A stretch of 62,785 nt of DNA, filler included, from Globobulimina sp. (taxonomy: Eukaryota): NCBI GenBank assembly GCA_003354225.1. It is 32 parts of 32 records of this genome, joined end to end, with 100 filler letters (N's around TTAATTAATTAA, not from the genome) between each part and the next. Parts side by side here need not be neighbours in the genome. Positions count along the whole stretch, not along the records: positions 11,803 to 13,669 come from PIVH01011087.1; positions 13,770 to 15,636 come from PIVH01011088.1; positions 15,737 to 17,602 come from PIVH01011089.1; positions 17,703 to 19,568 come from PIVH01011090.1; positions 19,669 to 21,534 come from PIVH01011091.1; positions 21,635 to 23,500 come from PIVH01011092.1; positions 23,601 to 25,466 come from PIVH01011093.1; 25 more parts are not named here. The stretch is one strand, 5' to 3'. The notes under the pieces were generated by a model that was given only the letters and a program-made list of their open reading frames with translations, was not told where the DNA came from and did no database searches. This document shows positions 11,878 through 24,138 of the stretch, piece after piece (position 1 is the stretch's first letter; each line of letters starts with the position of its first letter). Position numbers and translations under genes: made by a program.

Positions 11878-13669
11878 TTAAATATTCAAAGCACCAAATA
11901 TTTTATCGATTTCTGCCAAATCAATGTTTTTATGAGATTTAGATCCTTGTTGCTCTAACCATTGCACTATATCATAATGCTTGTTTGCCAAAGCAAATAC
12001 AGCAGCCGTTATACGGATACCACCTTCACATTGACACGGTTCATCCCAGAATAGTGTTGGTGCAACATTGACTGCAGCATATTCTTTTAATCCAATCAAA
12101 TCACCAGAAAAAGCAAAAGCATATTTACTTTTCTTTCCGATTGACATTTCAATTGCGTTCCAATCAATTTTAGGATCTTGTACCTTGGCATTTTTTGGCA
12201 CCAAGTTTTTGTGACGTATTGCTTGCTGCTTCTCCAACCATTCAACAACATGATTATGACCATGAGCTTCAGCAATGACAGCGGCTGTGATTGGTATTGT
12301 GACAATCCCAGTCCGTTCAATAACTTCGACTGCAATTGGAATATTTCTTATTTTTTCAAACCGCTCTTCCCAGAATTCAGTTTTGATCACAGCAGGAATA
12401 TGATCACTGCAACCTTTTAATCCTTCCAAATCACCATAAAAAGCATATTTATACTTCCGCGCTGCACCTTCCAATTGCTTTTTTGTTGGCATTCTTTTTT
12501 TTGTTTCATAATCATTTAAATAAAATTCACGATCTTGTAGGTGGCCGGGTGGAAGCCACGTTTTATGGAGTATTGCTCCCTGTTTCTCCAACCACTCAAC
12601 AATATCAATATGGCCTTGAGATTCGGCAATAACAGCAGCTGTTACTGGTACTTGTGCTGTCACATTGCTTTGGAGTGTATAGTTAATATTGACTTCCTTA
12701 TATGCTTCATCCCAGTATGATCTCCTAACTTTCTTAATAATTTGTGACGGTACCTTTATTTTTTGTAATTCGCTCAGTTCATTGGCAAATGCATATCCCC
12801 ACTTACTTCTGATATTGACACCAAATGGTAATGCAAAATCAGGAAATAAGGCCACATATTGTGTGTATATCGAAAAGCAAACAATGGTTGTGATAAAGAT
12901 GTACAATCCATGCTGGTAACTCAAAAGAAATTTTGCTCTGTCTCCATTCTCAGCAAATACTGCCCAAAAAATCATGAAAAGTAACTCAAGGAAAGAAACA
13001 CCCATTTTGGTGACTGGTATATATGAAATACTTGCTTCTGAACATAAACCTCCAAACGAAGTAACCATTGCACAGCAAAACACACAGCAAAAGCAGTTAA
13101 AAATTGATAACAAGCAGCATTGTAAGCCATCATTTGGGAGAATCAAATCCTGAAAATCACTATGTGCGTATACCTCTTCCGATGGAATTATAATCAGGGA
13201 ATTAATACTCAACAAAACAGTGTCAGCATCAAATTGTGCGACTTGATTACATATTAACAACGCCATTCGCGCAAATATGAATATCAATTCGACAAATAAC
13301 AAAATGCCTAATGCCAAGCCACCACAAACAGTCCAAAATAATGATAATAAACCGACGCGATAGGTCACCTCTGATAGTCTTGAAACAGTATGCTTTAAAC
13401 AGCCCAATGACGGTGGTAGCCGTTGTTTGTATGTTGCAAATTTACTCGATTGCATTTGAGTATAATCATTATTTAATATGGAATTTGTCATCGAAATAAT
13501 AGATTGCAAAATGGAAATAACGAAAATATATTCAATTCGTGATGTTCTCATAACATATACTAACTGCAATACGCATTCTGGTATGGATTCAAAAACAGCT
13601 TCGCAACTTCGAACATATTTAAATGATAAAGTCGATTCGATCGGATTCTTTTTATCTTTTATATTGCCA
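11878..13669 (-). CDS. XK-related (Xkr scramblase-like) multipass protein with three C-terminal ankyrin-like repeats (5'-partial)
   Basis: In-frame EAVFESIPECVLQLVY, SILQSIISM and SRLSEVTYRVGLLSLF match XK-family helices; three repeats of YAF..DL..L...TAAV.A...H..(I/V)V.WLE.Q....HK. Confidence 0.65.
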
Positions 13670-13769
13670 NNNNNNNNNNNNNNNNNNNNNNNNNNNNNNN
13701 NNNNNNNNNNNNNTTAATTAATTAANNNNNNNNNNNNNNNNNNNNNNNNNNNNNNNNNNNNNNNNNNNN

Positions 13770-14184
13770 TGTCGTATAAATTGCCCTGATGATCTTTTAG
13801 CACAACAACAGCTTCGTTTATTTTATAATGCAACGCAGCTGAATCATTCAATACGTTTTCTATATGTGGCTTCCTCATAGAATCTAAAAACATTGCTGTG
13901 ATTTGGCCGGCAAGTAGAGGTTGAATGGGATGTATTGCATAATACAGTCGATCACCAATTGATTCTGTTATTTTGTCAAATTGGTCTGCGATTTGAGATA
14001 ATGCATTAGTTTCTGCACTGAAGTTCGATGACGATTGCAATGGTTTTATGGCTTGGTTGTTTGTCGGGTTGTTTGTCTGATTAATATTCTTTCTGATGGG
14101 GTGTGAATGGACAGAAGAACGTGTATTCGTCTTTTTCTTCCATTGATACCTTTTTGAATTGGAATCCGTTCGTGTTGGATTCAT
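13770..14184 (-). CDS. Protein with an N-proximal MLLE/PABC domain (3'-partial)
   Basis: IGDRLYYAIHPIQPLLAGQITAMFLD...LNDSAALHYKINEAVVVL matches the PABC consensus LGERLYP...AGKITGMLLE. Confidence 0.75.
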
Positions 14185-14282
14185 TAGATACTAATTTCTA
14201 TCTAAAATATATATAATTCAGTATAAGTTTATAAAAAAAGTTGTTAAAAAAAGTTGTAAGCCTTGAAAAACCTCTCATAAAT

Positions 14283-15626
14283 ATGGCAGTTGTTTTGGAA
14301 ACATCATTAGGAAATATTGTTATTGATTTATTCACAGAAGAAGCACCAACAACGTGTTTAAATTTTTTAAAATTATGCACAATTAAATATTACAACAATT
14401 GTTTGTTTCATTCAGTCCAAAAAGATTTTATTGCACAAACTGGTGACCCAACCGGCACAGGAAAAGGAGGCGAATCTATTTGGAAGATAATAAACAAAAA
14501 TAATTCACGTTTTTTTAAATCAGAAATCCATCCAAAATTATCTCATAATAAGGTATGACCAAATTGTATAATCCTTACACCACCAAAATAAAAACAACAA
14601 CAACAGATTGGCATTGTATCCATGGCATGTTTTGATGGCGAAAAAGATAAATTGGGATCGCAATTTTTTATATCGTTAACATCAGATTTAAAGAGATTGG
14701 ATAAACATTATACAATATTTGGAGAAATAGCGGAAGGATATGATGTATTGACAAAAATAAATGAATGCTTTGTAGACTCAAATCACTGTCCAATGAGAAA
14801 CATTCGCATCCGACATACAATAATTATCGATGATCCATTTCAAAACAATGAGAAAAACATTGCAGGGTTAACTGCCATAATACCATCGAAGTCACCGTCG
14901 CCCAAATTGGATAAGTATGATTATGAGCGGATATGTGCGGATGAGGAGATATTGGATGATGGTGATTTAAAAGAGGAGATTGATCATATTAACACAACCT
15001 CAAATACGCAGATATTAGTAATGGTTGACGACATTCCCGACATTGATAGCAAACCACCGGAGAATGTGCTGTTTGTCTGCAGATTAAACTCATTTACAAA
15101 TGATAAAGATTTGGAGATTATATTCAAACAATTTGGGAAAATCTTATCGTGCGAAATTGTGCGAGATTGGAAGACTGGGGATTCACTGCAATATGCGTTT
15201 ATTGAATACGATAAGATCGAAGATTGCCAAAAAGCATATATTAAAATGGAAAATGCACTGATTGATCAGAGGCGAATTCATGTTGATTTTTCACAATCGG
15301 TGGCGAAGTATTATTGGCATCATAAAAGTAAAGGAAAATTCAATAAAAATAAAGTAAGTCATAATCATAAAAGGGTGGAGGAAGCAAATAAGAATTGGAA
15401 TAAAAATAAAAATAATAATGAGAATAGTATGGATAGAAAGGAGGATACATTGAATTTTGTATCTATTGGGAATGATAATGAATTAACACAGAAATTTAAT
15501 AAAAATAAATATAAAAAACATGGAGATAAAGATAGGGATTCGTATCGTCGCAGAAAATATGATACAGATAATTCGAAGGTCAGATCAAAAGATCGATATA
15601 GATCAAAGGCACGGTCAGGGTCATGA
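14283..15626 (+). CDS. PPIL4: Cyclophilin-RRM protein PPIL4/CYP59, intron 14553..14606
   Basis: [69 protein letters not shown]-rich tail. Confidence 0.93.
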
Positions 15627-16927
15627 TCAAGAGATCNNNNNNNNNNNNNNNNNNNNNNNNNNNNNNNNNNNNNNNNNNNNTTAATTAATTAANNNNNNNN
15701 NNNNNNNNNNNNNNNNNNNNNNNNNNNNNNNNNNNNTTGTTTCGCTTTCAATATTTTATTTTTGCGATGGAATCGGTTTGGTGCATCATCATAAATAGCA
15801 TCGTTGGCTAAAAACCATAATGGCTCAATCACATTTAAATTGCATTTGGAGTCACCATTAATTGTGTCATTTTCTTCATCTTTTTGGTCTGCTTCATTGT
15901 CAGAAATAGTTATTCGATGATGATAATTTTATCAACAATTAATTGTCAGAAATAAAATTTATCAACAATTATTCGATGATGATAATCGATTTAGAGAAAT
16001 ATTAAGACAATTTAAGAACATATTACCTATTGATTTTGCAGAGATTATTAAAATATCCCTTTGCAATAAAACTGATGATAAACTCATGAGATATTTAAAC
16101 TAATTCTTTTGTGTTTGTTTTATATGTTTTTTCTATTTAATTCTCATACTGTTTCTATGTATAGATACTTTTTAAAATTTATATTTTGTATTTTTTATAA
16201 TGTTTGTATGAGAAACTACGCATTCGTTTTACGTTATTTTTCCAAATTTTTATCTTTTGTTTTTGTTACTTTGTGTTTGTTAGATTTTGTATATTCGTTT
16301 GTGTTTTTATTTTTTGTTTCACAGAAAGTGGAACTGACTCAAAGTTTTTCTGATTTTTTATCAAGAAACTTTAAGTATTTCCTTTCACCTTAGTTTATAA
16401 AGTGTGAATCAGTCCTTTTGTGGACGAAACTAGTCACTAATTAATTTAACAATTGTTTTATTATTCCGTTGAAGAGTGAATCTCGTCTCTAAGCTATACG
16501 TTTAGACTCACATAACTTTTTGGGTTTTCAAAATAACTCATTGTGTTGTTAAATAAAAAAGGGAATCAATGATCACTGCGGGTAATCACTGCAAAAGTTA
16601 AAATCCGACCGCCATCCCATGAGTGAAGTACTGAGTTGTTATAATTATTATTTGTGTCAAGTAATATTTTATTTCATTTTTTTTAGTCGAAAATAGGTTT
16701 TTATTGGTTCATTCTTTACATATGGTAAACCCAACCACTACACATTGCACAACGACCCACAAACTTTTCTATCAACGTCACTGCAGTCACAACTCACAAC
16801 TATTGAGCTAATTTTCATTGTGGTCGGACTTGAACTTTTGGAGTTAATCGCTCACCACAATAAATTAGCTCAATAGTTTCATTTCAGTAAATTACGAAAA
16901 CCACCAAAAGATTTCGCACAAATTTAC

Positions 16928-17602
16928 TTATAACAGACTCGGATATTGTTTTTGCATGAACGGTTTGATCGTTTGGAAATATCGGCCAATATCAACATTT
17001 CTTCCACATAACACAACCACAGCCGTTTTCCCTTGAAGTTGTTTCTTAGATTTGAGCAATCCGGCTAAGGCCAACGCAGCCGACCCTTCAACAAACATAT
17101 GTTCCTCCTTCAACAATTTAAACAGACTCGCTGCGATTTCCTGCTCACTCACAGTCACCCAATGATCCACATTGTCCCGACACAACGCAAAAGTGACTGA
17201 ATCCTCCTCAATTTTACCAGCTGTCCCATCCGATATGGTATCATACTCTGCAACATCATGTCGAATATGACCCGCTTGGATGGAGCGATACATTACACAT
17301 GAATTGACGGGCTGCACTCCGTATATTTGACATTTGGGATAAACAGACTTAATGTAACCAGCCATGCCTCCAATTAAACCGCCACCGCCCACAGAAACGA
17401 ACACAGCATCAATCCTTCCAAGTTGCTGTTGTTTGACCTGTTCAAATATCTCAATGGCTAAAGTGCCTTGACCCAAAATGATATCCCAATCATTATATGC
17501 TGAGATAAATGGGATTCGTTGTTGTTGCGAACGTTTAATTGCTTCGTTTTCAGCATCGATGCAATTGTTGCCAGATTCAATCAGTTGACTTCCATAATTA
17601 AT
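16928..17602 (-). CDS. PLP-dependent serine/threonine dehydratase or serine racemase family (5'-partial)
   Basis: AYND..II.GQGT, VSVGGGGLIGG, TISDGTAG, VEGSAA, VVLCGRN. Confidence 0.9.
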   Translation of the reverse strand: MNYGSQLIESGNNCIDAENEAIKRSQQQRIPFISAYNDWDIILGQGTLAIEIFEQVKQQQLGRIDAVFVSVGGGGLIGGMAGYIKSVYPKCQIYGVQPVNSCVMYRSIQAGHIRHDVAEYDTISDGTAGKIEEDSVTFALCRDNVDHWVTVSEQEIAASLFKLLKEEHMFVEGSAALALAGLLKSKKQLQGKTAVVVLCGRNVDIGRYFQTIKPFMQKQYPSLL

Positions 17603-17754
17603 NNNNNNNNNNNNNNNNNNNNNNNNNNNNNNNNNNNNNNNNNNNNTTAATTAATTAANNNNNNNNNNNNNNNNNNNNNNNNNNNNNNNNNNNNNNNNNN
17701 NNTTTCACCACATTTAGTATCACATTCATTTCTACTAATTATCCAATCTGAACC

Positions 17755-18400
17755 TCACACACCATTATATGGCCCAGAAAAACTAACACCTTTATAACAT
17801 TTCTTATTTGCTTTACACCATCCATGCGAGCTATGTTCTGTGGCTGCTTTGCATGTTGTTGCTGATAAACAATCACAATCTTTGTAACTTAATGACCATT
17901 GTCCTTTGTTCTGATCAGCAGGACAAGAAAGGCCGTTATATGGACACCAGCCTTTGGAATGAAATAAATCATAATTTACCATCTCTTCACAAGAATTCAC
18001 GGATAAACATAAACAATCATCCTCACTTAATACCCATTGACCTAAATCATAATCTGCAGGACATTTTAAATCATCATACGGTCCGTAGAAACTGTCACCT
18101 TTATAACCAACCTTTGGAATGATATAAATCATTGTCCGTCATATCTTGACATGTTGTTGCTTCTAAACAATTACAGTCTGCAATATCATGTGATAATTGT
18201 CCCATATATTGTGATGCAGTGCAGGTTGTTGTTGAGGTATCAATACACGAACCAATCTCAGGACACCAATTACAATTAGAATCATCAGACGAAACACATC
18301 CATAACATGTTGCATAATCTAAACAACTTGTTGATGATTGAGATAATGCATATTGCATCATAGAGAATAGCATTATCAGCTGCTGCATTACAGTTGCCAT
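17755..18400 (-). pseudogene. Secreted Cys-rich repeat protein (PSI-like domain plus repeats), frameshifted near 18105
   Basis: Signal peptide, CxxCV..CNWC..C, repeats C.CL....C......H..GWC....CYKG..F.GPY. The first repeat switches frame at GGT TGG T|TAT AAA GGT. Confidence 0.6.
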
Positions 18401-18564
18401 GAAACAGAACCGATTATTAAAACCGCTCAGTGAACTAACGACATTTAAAACTGCATTTCTCCGTCACACGAACAAAACGGAATATGTTTGCATTGGTTGG
18501 ATATTAGAAATAGAAAATATGTTTATTATTAATAATTATTTACTATTATTTGTATTTGTGTACA

Positions 18565-19568
18565 TTATTCATATGGCACAAGTTTGAACATTTTACAACA
18601 ATGAGAGCACACATTATTTGCTGTATAAGTATTTGAATATGAATAATTACCCAAATTTTGATGTTGCCATAAATCTCGAATACCGACGGTTTTTGTTGTT
18701 GATGCAATTCCGATATCACTAAAACTCAACGTAATATCCGCATTCTTTCCATCCATTCTATTTAATAAACAAACTGCAACATTTGAATTTTGTAATGGTC
18801 GAAACCATATTTCTGTGCCGGATGTATTTGGATACAATTTATGTCCTTGAATGCCTAAAACATCCTGATTCACAGAAATAACTTCTTTATTTAATAATAT
18901 ATCCAATGAGTCATCAGTTATGGATAATAAATTGGTGCCAATTAATAAAGGCGATGCCATTATTGCCCATAAAGAGAAATGAACTTTTTGTTCATTCGAA
19001 CTCATTCCAGGATTACCAATTTCTAACATATCCGCATCATTCCAGTGCCCCGGTCCTGCGATGGAATACATTGACTGCGCTTTATCAGCACTGCCAATCA
19101 TCGACTTCCAATTATCCTGAATGTCTCCATCCGTTCTCCACATATTTGCAATATTTCCAATCCATTCACCACATCCGGTCGTAGAGCCACATGATTCTAC
19201 CGATAATACCATATCTTGCCCTGTTTTATTATAACACTCATCGATGGCATTTCGGAATTTGATCCAACTTTGATTTGGATATTGATAATCTGTACCACCG
19301 CATGCATCCACTTTGATATACGACACTCCCCACTCACAATATGACTGCACATCAATTGCTTCGTGCATATATGAGCCGTATCTGCCTTGACAGGTATATT
19401 GTTTCCTTGCTGTATAAACACCAAACTTAAATGTCTTAGACTTCAGCCAATTTGCCAATGACTTCATTCCGGAAGGAAATCGCACTGAATCTGGAATGAT
19501 AGTTTGCGAGGAATAATCACGATCAGTTTGCCAGCAATCATCTAAATTGAAATACTGATATCCTGCGT
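18565..19568 (-). CDS. GH27 alpha-galactosidase / alpha-N-acetylgalactosaminidase (5'-partial)
   Basis: YFNLDDCWQ, RFPSGMK, YIKVDAC, MWRTDGDI, GPGHWNDADMLEIGN, HFSLWA, NQDVLGIQG. Confidence 0.95.
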
Positions 19569-19709
19569 NNNNNNNNNNNNNNNNNNNNNNNNNNNNNNNN
19601 NNNNNNNNNNNNTTAATTAATTAANNNNNNNNNNNNNNNNNNNNNNNNNNNNNNNNNNNNNNNNNNNNTATTTTACTTCCATTTAATATATGATTCGACA
19701 GCATTTTAT

Positions 19710-19925
19710 TTAATTATTAAATGCTTTGTTACTTTTGTATGGTGATGCATTTGGTGATAATTTATTTGTATTTGTATTGCCAAATCTTTTTGTATATAAA
19801 TATCTTTTTTTTGCTCTTCCAGTTGGCATTCTTTTTTTATTAATATTATTTTTATTGATTGATGGTGTCATACTTCGAACTCTTCCTGCTTTTGTTAAGC
19901 TAATATTATGTTTTTTATATGGCAT
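19710..19925 (-). CDS. RPS30: Divergent 40S ribosomal protein eS30
   Basis: SLTKAGRVRSMTP and PTGRAKKRYLYTKRF match eS30 SLARAGKV..QTP and TGRAKRR..YNRRF. Confidence 0.75.
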   Translation of the reverse strand: MPYKKHNISLTKAGRVRSMTPSINKNNINKKRMPTGRAKKRYLYTKRFGNTNTNKLSPNASPYKSNKAFNN

Positions 19926-20155
19926 CTTGCCTAAATAACTTCTTTTTTTTTGTTTAAATGTGATATAAAAGTTTGTTTCTTGGTTTGGTTTGGTTGAGGA
20001 AGTGAAATGTAAAAGAGAGGTGTGATGTTTTTGTTGCTCGAATCAAACTTTATCAAACAACATCAAAAACCTTTTTGAAACATCCACTCGTTTTAGTGTT
20101 TTTAGCAAAACACAAACCATATCAAATATAAAACACACGAACAAAACGTGAAAAT

Positions 20156-21355
20156 ATGGCAGCAACATCGATCGATTATTCCGACCACAAACACCAATTT
20201 GAGCCCTTACCCGATATCGATGAAGACCTGAAATACGAAGTGCCGCAGTTAGACATTGATGCGAGTACTATGGGCGATGAAAATAGAAAAAGAAGATTTT
20301 CAGTCTCCGCAGAACCATCTGATGAGAAAAAAATGCCTGAAAAATTCATCAAAAAAGTGTATCCAAAATCGAAAGAGGCATTGAATCGAATACGACAGTC
20401 GACCTGCGATGTTTTTTTATTTCAAGGTATATTAAATATCAATATCCCACCTATCAATATATCCATCCTTGCACTCAATAAATACATTTCTAAAGGTTTG
20501 GATAAGGAGCAATCGCAACTTTTAACGGATGCAATGTTTGAGAAAAAATGTAAAATTGGCGACGACATTATAACGCAGGGCGACCATGGCGATTATTTCT
20601 ATGTGATTGAAAATGGAATTTATGAGGTCTGGAAATCAAATAATAAGAAAGCACCATTAATTGGACAGAAAAAAGTCTTTCAATACAATCATAAAGGAGC
20701 CTTTGGTGAATTAGCATTAATGTACAATGCGCCCAGAGCTGCCACGGTCAAATCTTCCACCAATGGGGTGTTATGGGCGGTGGATAGGTCCACTTTCAGG
20801 CATATTATTGTGGGCTGCACCGCCAGGAAAAGGAAAAAATATGATAATTTCTTAAAAGATGTAGATTTATTACGCCACTGCTCCGACGAACTAAGGTCTG
20901 TCATTATGCTTTACTGACTTACTTGACTGAAAAACTTTACATTTTACTTTACTTTGCAACATGGCACACTGCTCAGGTCCGCCATTGCAGACATATTGGA
21001 GACGCAGGTGTATAGGAAACATGAGTATATCATACGAGCAGGGAATGCTGCGGAGCATTTTTATTTTGTTCAGAAAGGCGAAGCAGTGGTAACTTTGGGT
21101 CATGACAGTAAAATAATTCGCAATTTACACACAGGGGATTTTTTTGGGGAACGCGCGCTTTTAATGAACGATGTACGCTCTGCGAATGTGATTGTGGTTA
21201 GCGATAAAATGGAAATTGTGGGTATGGACAGCGCCTCTTTTATGAGGTTGTTGGGTCCCTTATACGATATATTTCGAGAGAATTTTAAGAATTATGTGCT
21301 TGACGATGTGCAACAAAATGAGGATGATGATGATATGCTGAGTGATATCGAGTGA
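20156..21355 (+). CDS. pkaR: cAMP-dependent protein kinase regulatory subunit, introns 20427..20495 and 20896..20976
   Basis: Inhibitory site RRFSVSAE; two cNMP domains (FGELALMYNAPRAATV, FGERALLMNDVRSANV). Confidence 0.93.
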
Positions 21356-21639
21356 TAAAGTAAATATGTTATGGTTGATATTATTTTATATATTTGCCGG
21401 ACTTCTTTTTTCTGTGTGCTATATGTGACATTTTTTTTGTATTAGACATATTTATGTATACTTCTTTTTTCTCAATTTTTTTTTGTTTTTTCTTGTTTTT
21501 TTTTGAGATTTTTTTTTTTGAACAAATGTTGTAANNNNNNNNNNNNNNNNNNNNNNNNNNNNNNNNNNNNNNNNNNNNTTAATTAATTAANNNNNNNNNN
21601 NNNNNNNNNNNNNNNNNNNNNNNNNNNNNNNNNNAAAAA

Positions 21640-23289
21640 TCACAAGGCAAAATACTCCAATTTTCTAAATTCCGGTTTATTTTGAAATCTCGAAAACGAA
21701 TAACCCAATAAAGTTAACATATCTTCAATACATATATCAAATATGCACGGATCATCAAATGCAGCGTCATTCTCAATTTGTGTATTGCCAAATAGTTGAG
21801 ACAACGCGTTCCTTTTTTTAGCACTTATATTTATTTCATAGTCTGATCCTATTTTAATATATTTATCAAATAATTGTTGTGCTTTACTCTTATTATCGTA
21901 TTGCGAGTCAAATACAATGGATGATCTCGGGATATCTGCTGGTAATATAATCTGTGATAATTCTAGATTTAACCGTTTAGTACTGGTCGTAGTATTATTA
22001 ATAATATCTCCTTTTCCTTTTACATGCTCCCTAAATGCAATAAATTCAATGACAGAGAGTAGACATTCCGCACTAAATTCCCGCGATAAATGTTGCATAA
22101 AAGAGCAGAGATATTCGGTTCTTCTTAATATATGTTGCAAGGTAATCTCCTTTGAGTCATCCTGATCAATGGCACGTGTTTGAGCTAATTCTATTTCACT
22201 TCGAATATTGGACAATTTATGTAATAACTCACCATATTGTGCTTGCAATGCTGTATCGTTCTGTAATTGCTTGAATACCCATCGCGACATTACATAAATT
22301 AGACAGATGTTGCATAACAACCATGTTTGCATCAAAAAATGAAGACTGATTATCCATAATAGATCACCATATTCTGCACCAAGTGTGGGGAACAAAACAA
22401 GTCCAAATATTAAGCAATATACAATTGCCACACAAATCGCTGCCATCATCACCTTATAAAATAGTACAAATTCGCGTAAAATATGTAAATCATCAAAATA
22501 TTCCACTTTTCTCAACAAGCAATGGACGATGGTTGCAAACAGCCAACATCCGATGGTCACACAAAGCAAATATACTCTGGAAAATGTTTCTGAATAATTA
22601 GAATGATTGTGACCAGCAAAAAATATATCTAATGCTACTAATATGACATCAATGACAACAAATAAAATATTGAATATCCAAAGAGCACGAATCAACGCTT
22701 TCTTATTTCCGACACTATTTCGAAATCTTACAAACCATGATTTGGAAGCATTATAATCGGCATTTATAACACTTTTCCATTGATTTGAGCCAATTAACAT
22801 ATTATATTTAATATCATAATAAGTTAACCATAATCTGATAAATAAAGAGGAATAAAAAAATTGAACTGCAAATTGTGATAATATGGCTATAAAAATAAAT
22901 AAAATAATCTGTGCATTGGAAATGGATTTACCAAATACAGAAGGACTTATCATCAAACTCATTACCGATGTCATAATAATATTGCATAGCAACGCATATA
23001 TTGAATATAAAGTTAAATCAGTATGTCGTTTTTGAAACATGTGCAGCTTCTTTGCGTGCCATGTGTGCCACAGTGGATATGCGAAATAAATTACTGTGGG
23101 AAGATATAAAACAAAACCGATACCGAGAAATATAATATCTACAATTTCTGTATAAACAAACAACATATAAATAGATTGTGTGATAATAAGCAAAACAAAA
23201 ATTAGAACAATTGAACATTTGATTGTCCGCTTTTTTGCTCTAATTTCTTGTCGTTTGTTTCCTGCAATGTTCTTGTTCAATTGTCCCAC
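21640..23289 (-). CDS. Multipass (7TM-like) membrane protein with C-terminal RGS domain
   Basis: Several hydrophobic helices followed by RGS motifs FMQHLSREFSAECLL, YIKIGSDYEINIS, IFD...EDMLTLL..SFSRF. Confidence 0.85.
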   Translation of the reverse strand: MGQLNKNIAGNKRQEIRAKKRTIKCSIVLIFVLLIITQSIYMLFVYTEIVDIIFLGIGFVLYLPTVIYFAYPLWHTWHAKKLHMFQKRHTDLTLYSIYALLCNIIMTSVMSLMISPSVFGKSISNAQIILFIFIAILSQFAVQFFYSSLFIRLWLTYYDIKYNMLIGSNQWKSVINADYNASKSWFVRFRNSVGNKKALIRALWIFNILFVVIDVILVALDIFFAGHNHSNYSETFSRVYLLCVTIGCWLFATIVHCLLRKVEYFDDLHILREFVLFYKVMMAAICVAIVYCLIFGLVLFPTLGAEYGDLLWIISLHFLMQTWLLCNICLIYVMSRWVFKQLQNDTALQAQYGELLHKLSNIRSEIELAQTRAIDQDDSKEITLQHILRRTEYLCSFMQHLSREFSAECLLSVIEFIAFREHVKGKGDIINNTTTSTKRLNLELSQIILPADIPRSSIVFDSQYDNKSKAQQLFDKYIKIGSDYEINISAKKRNALSQLFGNTQIENDAAFDDPCIFDICIEDMLTLLGYSFSRFQNKPEFRKLEYFAL

Positions 23290-23600
23290 TTTGTTGTAAT
23301 GTTACTAAAATACCTTCATATGACCTTGTCGGTGCCATTTTGGGCTTGTGTTAATAGAATTTTCCTATTTGGCCTTGATTTTGCTCATGATCAACTTTTT
23401 TTAATCATTTGTGAATTGTTAGAGAAAAAGCTTAAGTAAATGTTCGTCTCATCTTATCGTATCGATTAGAAACTGTAAATAAAGATCGTAGGAAGGAAAA
23501 NNNNNNNNNNNNNNNNNNNNNNNNNNNNNNNNNNNNNNNNNNNNTTAATTAATTAANNNNNNNNNNNNNNNNNNNNNNNNNNNNNNNNNNNNNNNNNNNN

Positions 23601-23950
23601 TCGATCACAAACAGAGGGAAAGTATACGTACCAACTTTGCCGCCTAAAATAGCACCAAATGTCATTGTTGTGATTAATAAAAAAAATGAATAATTTGCAA
23701 TTGATGTGTAATTATCATAATCAGATTTAGAAACTGGATGAGATGCATTGTGGTACGCTATGTATGAGGCGATATACGGTAAAACATTGCCATACGTCCA
23801 CTGTAACCCTATTGTAATTTGGAATAATAGCCCTACAAATGCAATATATCCACCTCTGTTATCTATTTTTTGTCCAGGTCCAAGGCTCGATATTAGACTC
23901 AGTTTTGCATTTAATGAGTATGAGCGTGATTTGGGAGAGACTGTTAACAT
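23601..23950 (-). CDS. MFS transporter, OFA/MCT-like (5' fragment), paralog A
   Basis: GGYIAFVGLLFQITIGLQWTYGNVLPYIASY is a typical TM1 of eukaryotic OFA-like MFS proteins. Confidence 0.65.
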
Positions 23951-24138
23951 TGTTTTATTGATCGACTGTACAACGAGGACTAGCTCACTTCAAAAAACTT
24001 TCGTTCTCACTGTTATCACCTCAAAACTGGATGAGGTTGGATTCTTTTCGCCTGTGTCACATATTATAACCAAGGGGGGGGTCAAGTTTAAAAAAACTCA
24101 ACACAATTCACTCTATATTCACATTTCCACACAACAGA

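Noticed and set aside
15897..15990. Shuffled short duplications (TGTCAGAAATA, TTTATCAACAATTA, TTATTCGATGATGATAAT)
   Set aside because: Local slippage or template-switch pattern in AT-rich DNA with no further structure.
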